Assembly (NCBI RefSeq): GCF_016342405.1
Contig: NZ_JAEINN010000011.1
Span: forward strand, 77,954-141,953
Reading direction: 5' to 3'
Source of the DNA: Maridesulfovibrio ferrireducens
GTDB taxonomy: Bacteria > Desulfobacterota > Desulfovibrionia > Desulfovibrionales > Desulfovibrionaceae
Length of the DNA: 64,000 bases
The notes beneath the pieces are model-generated. The model had not been told where the DNA came from, made no database searches, and saw only the letters and a list, made by a program, of their open reading frames with translations. Below are positions 39,934-48,158 of this stretch, piece by piece (the stretch's first letter is position 1; the number at the start of each line of letters is the position of its first letter). The translations under genes and the position numbers were made by a program.

Positions 39934-40194
39934 TTAATACTCGGTCATTCCGAGTTTGATCCGATTAATTTTTTTTCTGCGAGAGTCTATTTCGACTTCG
40001 AGACGAAGTTTGTCTCTTTGACTCTCAAATATTTCTTGTGCGAAATAAATACCCTTAATAGGGTCTTCGCTTTTGAGAAGTTCCTGAATTCTATTTATGC
40101 ATGCTTCAAGTTCATTTTTAAAAGACTCAATAGCTTCTTCTATTTCAGGAATACTAATCAATTTTGATTCTTCTTCTGTTTGATTTTGCGTCAT
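39934..40194 (-). CDS. hypothetical acidic coiled-coil protein, translationally coupled to the upstream fusion gene
   Basis: 86 aa. The ATG at 40194 has AAGGAG 7 nt upstream and lies inside the 3' end of the upstream CDS (41-nt overlap). Confidence 0.55.
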   Translation of the reverse strand: MTQNQTEEESKLISIPEIEEAIESFKNELEACINRIQELLKSEDPIKGIYFAQEIFESQRDKLRLEVEIDSRRKKINRIKLGMTEY

Positions 40195-41857
40195 CGTTCA
40201 GCTCCTTCACTTCGGGGTCTTTCAATCCGTCAATTTCAGGAAGACTATTGTAAAGAGTCCAGTAACGAGGCCACAGTTCGGTGATATCTCCGGGGTTCAA
40301 TAAGGAAAGTCCCGGGCGAATCCAGGCCATCAGTCCCAGAGCTATTCCGAAATAAGGAGTCGGAGCAGTCCAAGCATCTTCCCATTCCAATCTGCCGGGA
40401 GTAATCTGAACTCCGTCTTCGGTGCGGGCGTATTGAAGTCCGAGGCGTTCGAGCAGTTCTATGCCCTGTTCAAACAATGTCACGTCTTTAATTCCCTGAA
40501 GTGAACACTGAGTTCCGGAGTTAACAGCAAGTGCAATTCCGATTGGGAAAAGTTTTGATGCTTCTCCGAAGTCAATATTTACCGACTGTGGCTGTTCGCC
40601 TTTGGTGGAACTGATTTCAGTATCGGAAACCTTTACAACCAAGCCTCCTAAAGTAAGAGCTTTAAGAGCATCTTTCGCTTTAGGTGAATTTTTCGGCCAT
40701 GTTCCTTTGATAGTTACATTCCCGCCGGCAAAAGCGGGGATTGAAAGTAGAGCTGCACTCAGTTCCGGGTCCAGAGCAATGTTTGGCTGCTCAGGGAAAG
40801 AAAAGGAGTTGCTGAAAGGAACTGTACATTCTGTTTCAGTAAGAACAGCTTTGATACCGCAAGTATTAAGAACTTCGACTGCATCACGTATTTCAGAGAT
40901 TCCAGCCCAGTTTTTGTCGAATTTGAGGTTCATACCTTGTGGATATGTCCATCCTGCAAGAGTAAGCGCTGCCGCAAATTTGGGTGGGGTCTCTTCAGTC
41001 AATGTGAGAGAAGAAACCATATTTCCACCGCACTCAAGTCTGGCGGGCAGTCCATGGCTCTGAAGATCAAGAGTGTTGAGGCGGGCTCCAAGTGGTGACA
41101 GCAATGATGTCAACTGTCTGGAGTCATACTGTTTAAGAATGGGACCGCCTGCAATTTTAAACTTGCCGGGAGATTTCAGCCCGAAAGCAAGAATAAGATA
41201 CAAGGTCATTTCGTCATCGCCTGCGAAGACAAGTTTATCTTCGAAGAAAACTCCTTCGCCAGAGCGGGATTCGATAGTATCATTTTCCCATGAAATGTGA
41301 GCTCCAGCCTGATTGAAAGCTTTAGCAAGCTCCGTCAATTGATCATTAACAGACAAGGGAGACATTTTGGCGTCAGCTGAACACATCGCAGCAAGGGCAA
41401 TCCATAGCTGTGACTGGAAAAGAGAGCATGGGCCGTCAATGGTGACTTTTACAGGTCTTCTTGGCGGTGATAGCGAATAAGAAGGCAGATTGCGGTTTTC
41501 AGGTTTGGCTACACAAGTATATGCGAGAGTGTTGAGTTGTTCGAAAACTCTGCGCGCAGCCTTGAGATTAAATTTTTCATCTGCGGACTTTGTTGTCCAG
41601 ATTTCAAATATACGTCTTTCCATATCCGGGTCAGCGAGAGGCAGACCTTTCAATTTACGTTTAGAGGCCGCTTTACCCATAAGGGTGTTTCTGCGTGAAA
41701 TCATTGAAATTAGACGTTCGTCAAGGTCTCTAATTTCATGGAGGAGAGACGGTTTGCGCGGAGCATCGCCACCGGATCTACCGGGTCTATCGGATCTATC
41801 GGATCGACCAGGTCTATCGGATCTATCGGGGCTATCAAATTTTTTGTAATTGGGCAT
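40154..41857 (-). CDS. chorismate mutase (AroQ-like) domain fused to an EPSP-synthase-fold domain, with a repeat-rich N-terminus
   Basis: 567 aa. Residues about 40-125 are CM type II-like (LLHEIRDLDERLISMISRRNTLM...DPDMERRIFEI). The remainder aligns by eye to the two-lobed EPSPS fold, but the canonical motifs are not seen: PGSKS is GPCS, LGNAGTAMRPL is absent, and DHRMAMA is replaced. Confidence 0.7.
   Translation of the reverse strand: MPNYKKFDSPDRSDRPGRSDRSDRPGRSGGDAPRKPSLLHEIRDLDERLISMISRRNTLMGKAASKRKLKGLPLADPDMERRIFEIWTTKSADEKFNLKAARRVFEQLNTLAYTCVAKPENRNLPSYSLSPPRRPVKVTIDGPCSLFQSQLWIALAAMCSADAKMSPLSVNDQLTELAKAFNQAGAHISWENDTIESRSGEGVFFEDKLVFAGDDEMTLYLILAFGLKSPGKFKIAGGPILKQYDSRQLTSLLSPLGARLNTLDLQSHGLPARLECGGNMVSSLTLTEETPPKFAAALTLAGWTYPQGMNLKFDKNWAGISEIRDAVEVLNTCGIKAVLTETECTVPFSNSFSFPEQPNIALDPELSAALLSIPAFAGGNVTIKGTWPKNSPKAKDALKALTLGGLVVKVSDTEISSTKGEQPQSVNIDFGEASKLFPIGIALAVNSGTQCSLQGIKDVTLFEQGIELLERLGLQYARTEDGVQITPGRLEWEDAWTAPTPYFGIALGLMAWIRPGLSLLNPGDITELWPRYWTLYNSLPEIDGLKDPEVKELNDDAKSNRRRIKID
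41774..41836. repeat. seven imperfect 9-nt tandem repeats (consensus GGATCTATC) inside the fusion CDS
   Basis: ggatctacc gggtctatc ggatctatc ggatcgacc aggtctatc ggatctatc ggggctatc. These encode DSP-DRS-DRP-GRS-DRS-DRP-GRS on the minus strand. Confidence 0.9.
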
Positions 41858-41945
41858 TTTTTGTTCCTGATGAGTGATATAGGGAAGAACGCCTTTCTAG
41901 CCTGAAACTCGCCGATGAGCAAGCCCCAAAGATATGACAATATAT

Positions 41946-42009
41946 GCTGTATTTATATAGTTGAAAATACAGCAAAAGAAAAGGGAGGAAGCGGTAACCG
42001 CCTCCTCCC
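41946..42009 (-). terminator. tandem terminator hairpins downstream of sat
   Basis: GGGAGGAAGCGG / CCGCCTCCTCCC, followed on the minus strand by TTTTCTTTTG. A second perfect 9-bp stem GCTGTATTT / AAATACAGC follows. Confidence 0.75.
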
Positions 42010-42038
42010 TATAAAAGCAAGTAGTGGTACTACTTTAA

Positions 42039-43316
42039 TTACATTGCGTCGCCGGAAGCTGCGCCCTGCATTTTGACTTCAACTTTTTCAGTGAGGCCTT
42101 CGTAGTAAGCACGGAGAATAACGAGAACTTCTTCGCGACCGAAGTGATCAACAACTTCTGCGCCGTCGGAGAGAGCTTTACGGAGTTTAGTTCCGGAAAG
42201 GATTACGCGTTCTTCTTTGTTATGTGGGCATGTGCGGAGAGAAGCCATGCCGTCACATTTGTAACAGTAGAAAGTCCAGTCGATTTTCATTGGCTGACAA
42301 AGAAGTGCTTTGCCTGGTTCTGGGCATGCTTCGGTTGCATAAGGAATTTTGTCGAAAATTTCCTGAGCTTCGAACAGGCCGTAGAAGTCACCAACACCAG
42401 CGTGGTCACGACCTATCAACATTCTGTTAACGCCGTAGTTCTGACGGAAAGTTGCGTGGAGCAGACCTTCACGAGGACCAGCGTAACGCATATCAAGAGG
42501 GTAACCAGCCTGAATAACGTTGTCTTTAACAAAGTATTTTTCAACGAGAGTGTCGATTGCTTTAACACGAACGTCAGCAGGAATGTCTCCTGGTTTCAGG
42601 TTACCGATCAAAGAATGGATCAAGCAACCGTCGCAGACTTCAATAGAAATCTTTGCGAGGAATTCGTGTGAACGATGCATTGGGTTACGAAGCTGAAGTG
42701 CGGAAACGATGGACCAGCCTTTTTCTTCAAAAGCTGCACGAGTTTCTGCAGGACGGAGGTAAACGCCTTTGTACTGTTCAGGGTATTCGCCTTCGGAGAG
42801 AACTTTAACAGGACCAGCGATGTTGAATTTTTTCTGAGCCATAACCATCTTGACACCTGGGTGGTCTTCAAGAGCTATTTTCCAGAAAACGTCATCAGCA
42901 GATTCTTCGCCTTCGCCTTTGAATACTTTTTCACATTCCCATTTCTTATCTTCATCAGTCATTTCGTAGACTTCTTCGATCTTCATGGTAGCGTAAACTT
43001 CGCCTTTACGGACGAGAGCGATTTCTTCACCGACTTTAACGTCTTCGTCAACGTCAAGTGTTACAGGAACTGGCCAGAATGTGCCGTCTGCCATCAGAAA
43101 GCTTTCACAAACGCCTTTCCAATCAGCTTTTTTCATGAAGCCGTTCAGAGGGCTGAAACCACCACAACCCATCATGATAAGGTCACCCTTAGCACGTCCG
43201 GAAATTTCGATCTTTTTGAGACCTTCAGCTTTTTTCTGTTCTGCTGCGAGTTCTGCGCCTTCGAGAAGGCAACATACGAGACCTTTTCCACCGTGAGGGG
43301 CTACGAGCTTAGACAT
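42039..43316 (-). CDS. sat: sulfate adenylyltransferase (ATP sulfurylase)
   Basis: [11 protein letters not shown] and GRDHAGVG motifs. The ORF was trimmed to [10 protein letters not shown] at 43316, which has TAAGGAG upstream. Confidence 0.95.
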   Translation of the reverse strand: MSKLVAPHGGKGLVCCLLEGAELAAEQKKAEGLKKIEISGRAKGDLIMMGCGGFSPLNGFMKKADWKGVCESFLMADGTFWPVPVTLDVDEDVKVGEEIALVRKGEVYATMKIEEVYEMTDEDKKWECEKVFKGEGEESADDVFWKIALEDHPGVKMVMAQKKFNIAGPVKVLSEGEYPEQYKGVYLRPAETRAAFEEKGWSIVSALQLRNPMHRSHEFLAKISIEVCDGCLIHSLIGNLKPGDIPADVRVKAIDTLVEKYFVKDNVIQAGYPLDMRYAGPREGLLHATFRQNYGVNRMLIGRDHAGVGDFYGLFEAQEIFDKIPYATEACPEPGKALLCQPMKIDWTFYCYKCDGMASLRTCPHNKEERVILSGTKLRKALSDGAEVVDHFGREEVLVILRAYYEGLTEKVEVKMQGAASGDAM

Positions 43317-44206
43317 GTGTGTCTCCTTACTTGTAATTATTTTCAACACCTGGGCCTGTCCGCGGAACCATTAGAGGAATATATCTCCGCCTCTTAAATG
43401 AGGTCTGCTCTTCCATATTATAGAAGGCACGGTCCGCAGAACGAAATTTTAAAACAAGTATTATTAGTAGAGCTCATTCAGATACAAAGCGCATCGTTAT
43501 TTGCTTTTTCATAATTCTTAAATGGACTTATGAATCCTTTGTGAAAGAAATGTCAAGGGCAAAATTAAAAGGAAAGCATTTTTTTCACAAAGTGTCTTTT
43601 GGTCTGACTGCAGTGTTGGAGTTAATCTGTTTTAATTTGAGTGTTTATGCGTCACGATGAAGGGGAGAATGGTCTTATTAAGTTGTTTGCTGCTTACCAT
43701 CGATTGAGAACAGTATTGAATTAAATCTTCCAATTTAATTTTAACGATAGATTCAGGTGATGGCTCGCAGCCAAAACCGCTTCTAGTTTAGTATTTATAT
43801 AGAATTATGTGTAATAAAGTCTAGATAAGGTCTGGGTAAAATCCAAATGATTTTATTTCAATTACGGGATGTTAGGTTAAAAGTTAACTTTATGTAACAA
43901 ACTTAAAAAAAGGCTTGCAATGGAAGGCTGGAATGAACTAAAAGCTCTGAATAATAGAACACGCTTAAGCGCTTGTTTTGGTCTCATCTAAATTATCGTA
44001 GCGCTTTCCGCTTCTCCAAAATGTTGTTTTCTCTCGGGTTGCAACTGTTCGTTGAAATGAGCTTGTTCTAAATTTCACTTTCGTCTTGACACCTTTTGTC
44101 GGGCTTGATAGTCAATTGACCTCGAGCCTTGAACTTAAAGGCAAGAATATAAATGGTTAAGGATGTTGTCGGTGATTGATAACTTTAACTTTTAGGAGGA
44201 CTAGGT

Positions 44207-44692
44207 ATGCCGACCTTTGTCAATCCGGAAAAGTGTGATGGCTGCAAGGGTGGAGAAAAGACCGCCTGTATGTACATCTGCCCGAATGATCTCATGATAT
44301 TGGACCCCGAAGAAATGCGGGCTTACAATCAGGAACCAGATGCATGTTGGGAATGTTACTCCTGCGTGAAAATTTGTCCTCAGGGCGCTATCGAAGCTCG
44401 TCCTTACGGCGACTTTGCACCTATGGGCGGAACTTCAATTCCTATGCGTTCAGCTGAAGACATTATGTGGACTGTTAAGTTCCGTAATGGTGATGTTAAA
44501 CGTTTCAAGTTTCCTATCCGTACTACACCAGAAGGCTCTATTAAACCTTACGAAGGTAAACCAGAACCAGCTGACCTCGATAGCGAACTTCTTTTCACCG
44601 AAACTGAACTTGCTGTACCGCAGGTTGTTTCCGGAACTAAACTTGAAGTTGGCGATGCAGGTAAGACTTTAGTAATAAAGGATCTGCTTTAA
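44207..44692 (+). CDS. aprB: adenylylsulfate (APS) reductase beta subunit
   Basis: CDGCKGGEKTACMYICP and CWECYSCVKICP. 161 aa with a strong SD (AGGAGG). Confidence 0.95.
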   Translation: MPTFVNPEKCDGCKGGEKTACMYICPNDLMILDPEEMRAYNQEPDACWECYSCVKICPQGAIEARPYGDFAPMGGTSIPMRSAEDIMWTVKFRNGDVKRFKFPIRTTPEGSIKPYEGKPEPADLDSELLFTETELAVPQVVSGTKLEVGDAGKTLVIKDLL

Positions 44693-44759
44693 TCATTAAT
44701 TCGTTGTTCGCAACATTTTGATTAAATCTAAGAAATTTGTAACCTACCAAGGAGGACAC

Positions 44760-46751
44760 ATGCCTCTGCTCCCTACTAAAGAAGCTGCCAAGGGCGTTGC
44801 GCTTGCAGAACCAGAGCTTATAGAAAAAGACGTTGATCTTCTTCTCGTCGGTGGTGGTATGGGTAACTGCGGTGTTGCTTACGAAGCATGCCGTTGGATC
44901 CAGAAAGTTGGTGGAGATCTCTCCATCATGCTTCTCGACAAAGCCGCTATGGAACGTTCCGGTGCTATCGCACAGGGTCTTTCCGCTATTAATACATATC
45001 TCGGTGAAAACAATGCTGACGATTACGTCCGCATGGTTCGTACTGACCTCATGGGCATCGTCCGTGAAGACCTTATCTTTGACTTAGGTCGTCACGTTGA
45101 TGATTCCGTTCATCTTTTTGAAGAGTGGGGCCTTCCTTGCTGGATCAAAAAAGATGGTAAAAACCTCGACGGTGCTCAGGCAAAGGCTGCTGGCCTCTCC
45201 CTGCGCAACGGCGACGCTTGCGTTCGTTCCGGACGTTGGCAGATGATGATCAACGGTGAATCCTACAAGTGTATCGTTGCTGAAGCAGCCAAATTGGCTC
45301 TCGGCGAAGATGGCTACATGGAACGTATCTTCATCGTAAAAATGCTCCTCGACGCTAATGAGCCAAACCGCATCGCTGGTGCTGTTGGTTTCTCCACTCG
45401 TGAGAACAAAGTATACGTATTCAAGTGCAACGCAGCTGTAGTAGCTTGTGGTGGTGCTGTAAACGTTTACCGTCCTCGTTCCACTGGTGAAGGTATGGGT
45501 CGTGCATGGTATCCAGTATGGAACGCAGGTTCCACTTATACTATGTGTGCTCAGGTTGGCGCTGAAATGACCATGATGGAAAACCGCTTCGTACCTGCTC
45601 GTTTTAAAGACGGTTACGGACCTGTTGGTGCATGGTTCTTGCTTTTCAAAGCTAAAGCAACCAACTATAAAGGTGAAGACTATTGCGAAACAAACCGCGC
45701 AATGCTCAAACCTTATGAAGATCGTGGATACGCTAAAGGACATGTAATTCCTACTTGTCTCCGTAACCACATGATGCTTCGTGAAATGCGCGAAGGTCGC
45801 GGTCCAATTTACATGGATACCGCTACTGCGCTTCAGAACACTTTCAAAGAACTCTCTCCCGCTGAGCAGAAGCACCTTGAGTCTGAAGCTTGGGAAGATT
45901 TCCTTGATATGTGTGTTGGCCAGGCCAACCTCTGGGCATGTATGAATATCAAACCAGAAGAATCTGGTTCTGAAATCATGCCTACTGAACCATACCTTCT
46001 CGGATCTCACTCCGGTTGTTGTGGTATCTGGACTTCCGGTCCTGATGAAGACTGGGTTCCTGAAGATTACAAAGTGAAAGCTGATAACGGTAAAGTCTAC
46101 AACCGTATGACTACTGTTAACGGTCTCTTCACTTGTGCTGATGGTGTCGGTGCTTCCGGCCATAAGTTCTCTTCCGGTTCACATGCTGAAGGCCGTATCG
46201 TTGGTAAGCAGATGGTTCGTTGGTGTGTAGATCACAAAGACTTCAAACCAACAATCAAAGAAAATATTGCTGACCTCGCTAAAGAATTGTACCAGCCTTG
46301 GTATACTTACGAAGCAGGCAAATCTATTTCTACTTGCCCAATTGTCAACCCTAATTATATCACTCCTAAGAACTTCATGATGCGCCTCGTAAAGTGCACC
46401 GATGAGTACGGTGGTGGTTGTGGAACAATGTACGTCACTTCCGGCGCTCTTCTAACTACAGGTTTCAAGCTTCTTGGAATGCTGGAAGAAGATAGTCAGA
46501 AATTGGCTGCACGTGACCTCCACGAATTGATGCGTTGTTGGGAACAGTTCCACAGATTGTGGACTGTACGCCTGCACATGCAGCACATCAGCTTCCGTGA
46601 AGAATCCCGTTATCCTGGATTCTACTACCGCGGAGACTTCATGGGTCTTGATGACACCAACTGGAAATGTTTCGTAAACTCCAAATACGATGTTGAAAAA
46701 GGCGAAACCGTCGTTTTCAAGAAAACATACCACCAGATCATCCCTGTTTAA
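44760..46751 (+). CDS. aprA: adenylylsulfate (APS) reductase alpha subunit
   Basis: Start at the ATG at 44760 after AAGGAGG. FAD motif DLLLVGGGMGNCG. About 663 aa. Confidence 0.95.
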   Translation: MPLLPTKEAAKGVALAEPELIEKDVDLLLVGGGMGNCGVAYEACRWIQKVGGDLSIMLLDKAAMERSGAIAQGLSAINTYLGENNADDYVRMVRTDLMGIVREDLIFDLGRHVDDSVHLFEEWGLPCWIKKDGKNLDGAQAKAAGLSLRNGDACVRSGRWQMMINGESYKCIVAEAAKLALGEDGYMERIFIVKMLLDANEPNRIAGAVGFSTRENKVYVFKCNAAVVACGGAVNVYRPRSTGEGMGRAWYPVWNAGSTYTMCAQVGAEMTMMENRFVPARFKDGYGPVGAWFLLFKAKATNYKGEDYCETNRAMLKPYEDRGYAKGHVIPTCLRNHMMLREMREGRGPIYMDTATALQNTFKELSPAEQKHLESEAWEDFLDMCVGQANLWACMNIKPEESGSEIMPTEPYLLGSHSGCCGIWTSGPDEDWVPEDYKVKADNGKVYNRMTTVNGLFTCADGVGASGHKFSSGSHAEGRIVGKQMVRWCVDHKDFKPTIKENIADLAKELYQPWYTYEAGKSISTCPIVNPNYITPKNFMMRLVKCTDEYGGGCGTMYVTSGALLTTGFKLLGMLEEDSQKLAARDLHELMRCWEQFHRLWTVRLHMQHISFREESRYPGFYYRGDFMGLDDTNWKCFVNSKYDVEKGETVVFKKTYHQIIPV

Positions 46752-46769
46752 TATAGGCATGAGACTACG

Positions 46770-46806
46770 CGGCTGCGGGCTTAACGGCCCGCAGCCGTTC
46801 TTATCT
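46770..46806 (+). terminator. GC-rich hairpin with T-rich tail after aprA (terminator or attenuator before qmoA)
   Basis: 11-bp stem CGGCTGCGGGC / GCCCGCAGCCG with a 6-nt loop, followed by TTCTTATCT. Confidence 0.6.
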
Positions 46807-46819
46807 GGCGGGAGCGCTG

Positions 46820-46876
46820 AAATGGTCTGAATCCGAATTGCGACCAAAGCGGTCGGTGTCCGGATTTGGGCCATTT
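46820..46876 (+). other. extended imperfect hairpin in the qmoA 5' leader
   Basis: AAATGGTCTGAATCCG ... CGACC-aaagc-GGTCG ... CGGATTTGGGCCATTT. It overlaps a small alternative stem GCCAT/ATGGC. Confidence 0.35.
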
Positions 46877-46913
46877 TATGGCTAAGGCCTCAAAGAGTTC
46901 AGGAGGATAGAGA

Positions 46914-48152
46914 ATGTCAAAAAGCATACTTGTCGTTGGTGGCGGGTTCAGCGGAATAACTGCTGCACTCGAAGCCGCTGAAGTAGGCCATGAAGTCTTC
47001 ATCGTAGAGAAGGCGCCATTCCTGGGTGGCCGAGTGATGCAGCTGAATAAGTATTTTCCAAAGCTGTGTCCCCCTTCCTGCGGTCTGGAGATTCAATTTC
47101 AGAGAATCAAAAACAATAAGAACGTAAAGTTCTTTACCTTGGCTGAAGTAGAATCCATCAGTGGTTCTAAAGGGGATTTTGAAGTCAAAATCCGCATCAA
47201 GCCTAGGTATGTCGGTCCCGGCAGTATTGATTTAAACGAAGTCATCGCAAAACTTTCCAATAACGTTACCGATGAATTCGAATTCAAACTCTGTGACCGT
47301 AAAGCCCTTTACATGGATGTTCCTTTTGCGTTCCCCGCAAGATACGTCCTTGAAAAGGAAAACTGTACTGATGCTGACCTCAAACTTCTCGAAGGAATCG
47401 ATGCTATCGATCTCAAAGACGAAGAAAAGGTCATCACTCTCAATGTCGGTTCCATCGTTTATGCTACCGGTTGGAAGCCTTACGATGTAACTAAACTTTC
47501 AAATCTTGGTGCTGGAACTGTACAGAACTGCATTACTAATATGCAGATGGAACGTCTTGCAGCTCCCAGTGGTCCTACAAGCGGCATGATTGTCCGTCCT
47601 TCTGACGGTGCTCGGCCAAAAAATGTCGCGTTCGTACAATGTGCGGGTTCACGTGACGAAAATCATCTCAATTACTGTTCATACATTTGCTGCATGGCTT
47701 CTTTGAAGCAGGCCGCTTATGTTCGTGAGCAGTACCCTGATGCAAAGGTTACTGTTTATTACATCGACCTTCGTACTCCGGGCCGTTACGACAAATTTGC
47801 CAAACGTATTCTTTCTGATGACAAGATCAACGCCGTTAAAGGTAAGGTCGCTGAAGTTATCGAAGTTTCCGGTTCTGGCAATGTTCTCGTCACAGTTGAG
47901 GATGCTGAAACCGGTATTAAGGCGCAGAATGAGCATGATCTCATTGTCTTGGCTACCGGAATGCAGCCTAGTCTCGCAGGTGTTCCGGTTCCTTCCGGAG
48001 TGCAGGTTGATGATCAGGGCTTCATTATAGGCGGAGAAGAACAAGGCATTTTCGCCGCCGGGTGTGCAAGGCAACCTCTGGACGTCACAAAGACAGCCCA
48101 GTCTGGTACCGCCGCCGCTCTGAAAGCGATTCAAACGGTGATAGGGAGGTAA
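46914..48152 (+). CDS. qmoA: QmoA, HdrA-like flavoprotein of the quinone-interacting membrane-bound oxidoreductase
   Basis: VVGGGFSGITAALEAAEVGHEV FAD motif. 412 aa. Located directly after aprBA. Confidence 0.9.
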   Translation: MSKSILVVGGGFSGITAALEAAEVGHEVFIVEKAPFLGGRVMQLNKYFPKLCPPSCGLEIQFQRIKNNKNVKFFTLAEVESISGSKGDFEVKIRIKPRYVGPGSIDLNEVIAKLSNNVTDEFEFKLCDRKALYMDVPFAFPARYVLEKENCTDADLKLLEGIDAIDLKDEEKVITLNVGSIVYATGWKPYDVTKLSNLGAGTVQNCITNMQMERLAAPSGPTSGMIVRPSDGARPKNVAFVQCAGSRDENHLNYCSYICCMASLKQAAYVREQYPDAKVTVYYIDLRTPGRYDKFAKRILSDDKINAVKGKVAEVIEVSGSGNVLVTVEDAETGIKAQNEHDLIVLATGMQPSLAGVPVPSGVQVDDQGFIIGGEEQGIFAAGCARQPLDVTKTAQSGTAAALKAIQTVIGR

Positions 48153-48158
48153 GTCGAC

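Noticed and set aside
41774-41836. A CRISPR-like or other non-coding repeat array.
   Set aside because: The repeats are contiguous 9-mers without spacers and lie in frame within a CDS. No CRISPR arrays were seen anywhere in the window.
44086-44114. A sigma70 promoter for aprBA (TTGACA at 44086).
   Set aside because: The -35 match is perfect, but every -10 candidate at 15-18 nt spacing is poor (GATAGT or TAGTCA). It is mentioned in a finding but not called as a feature.
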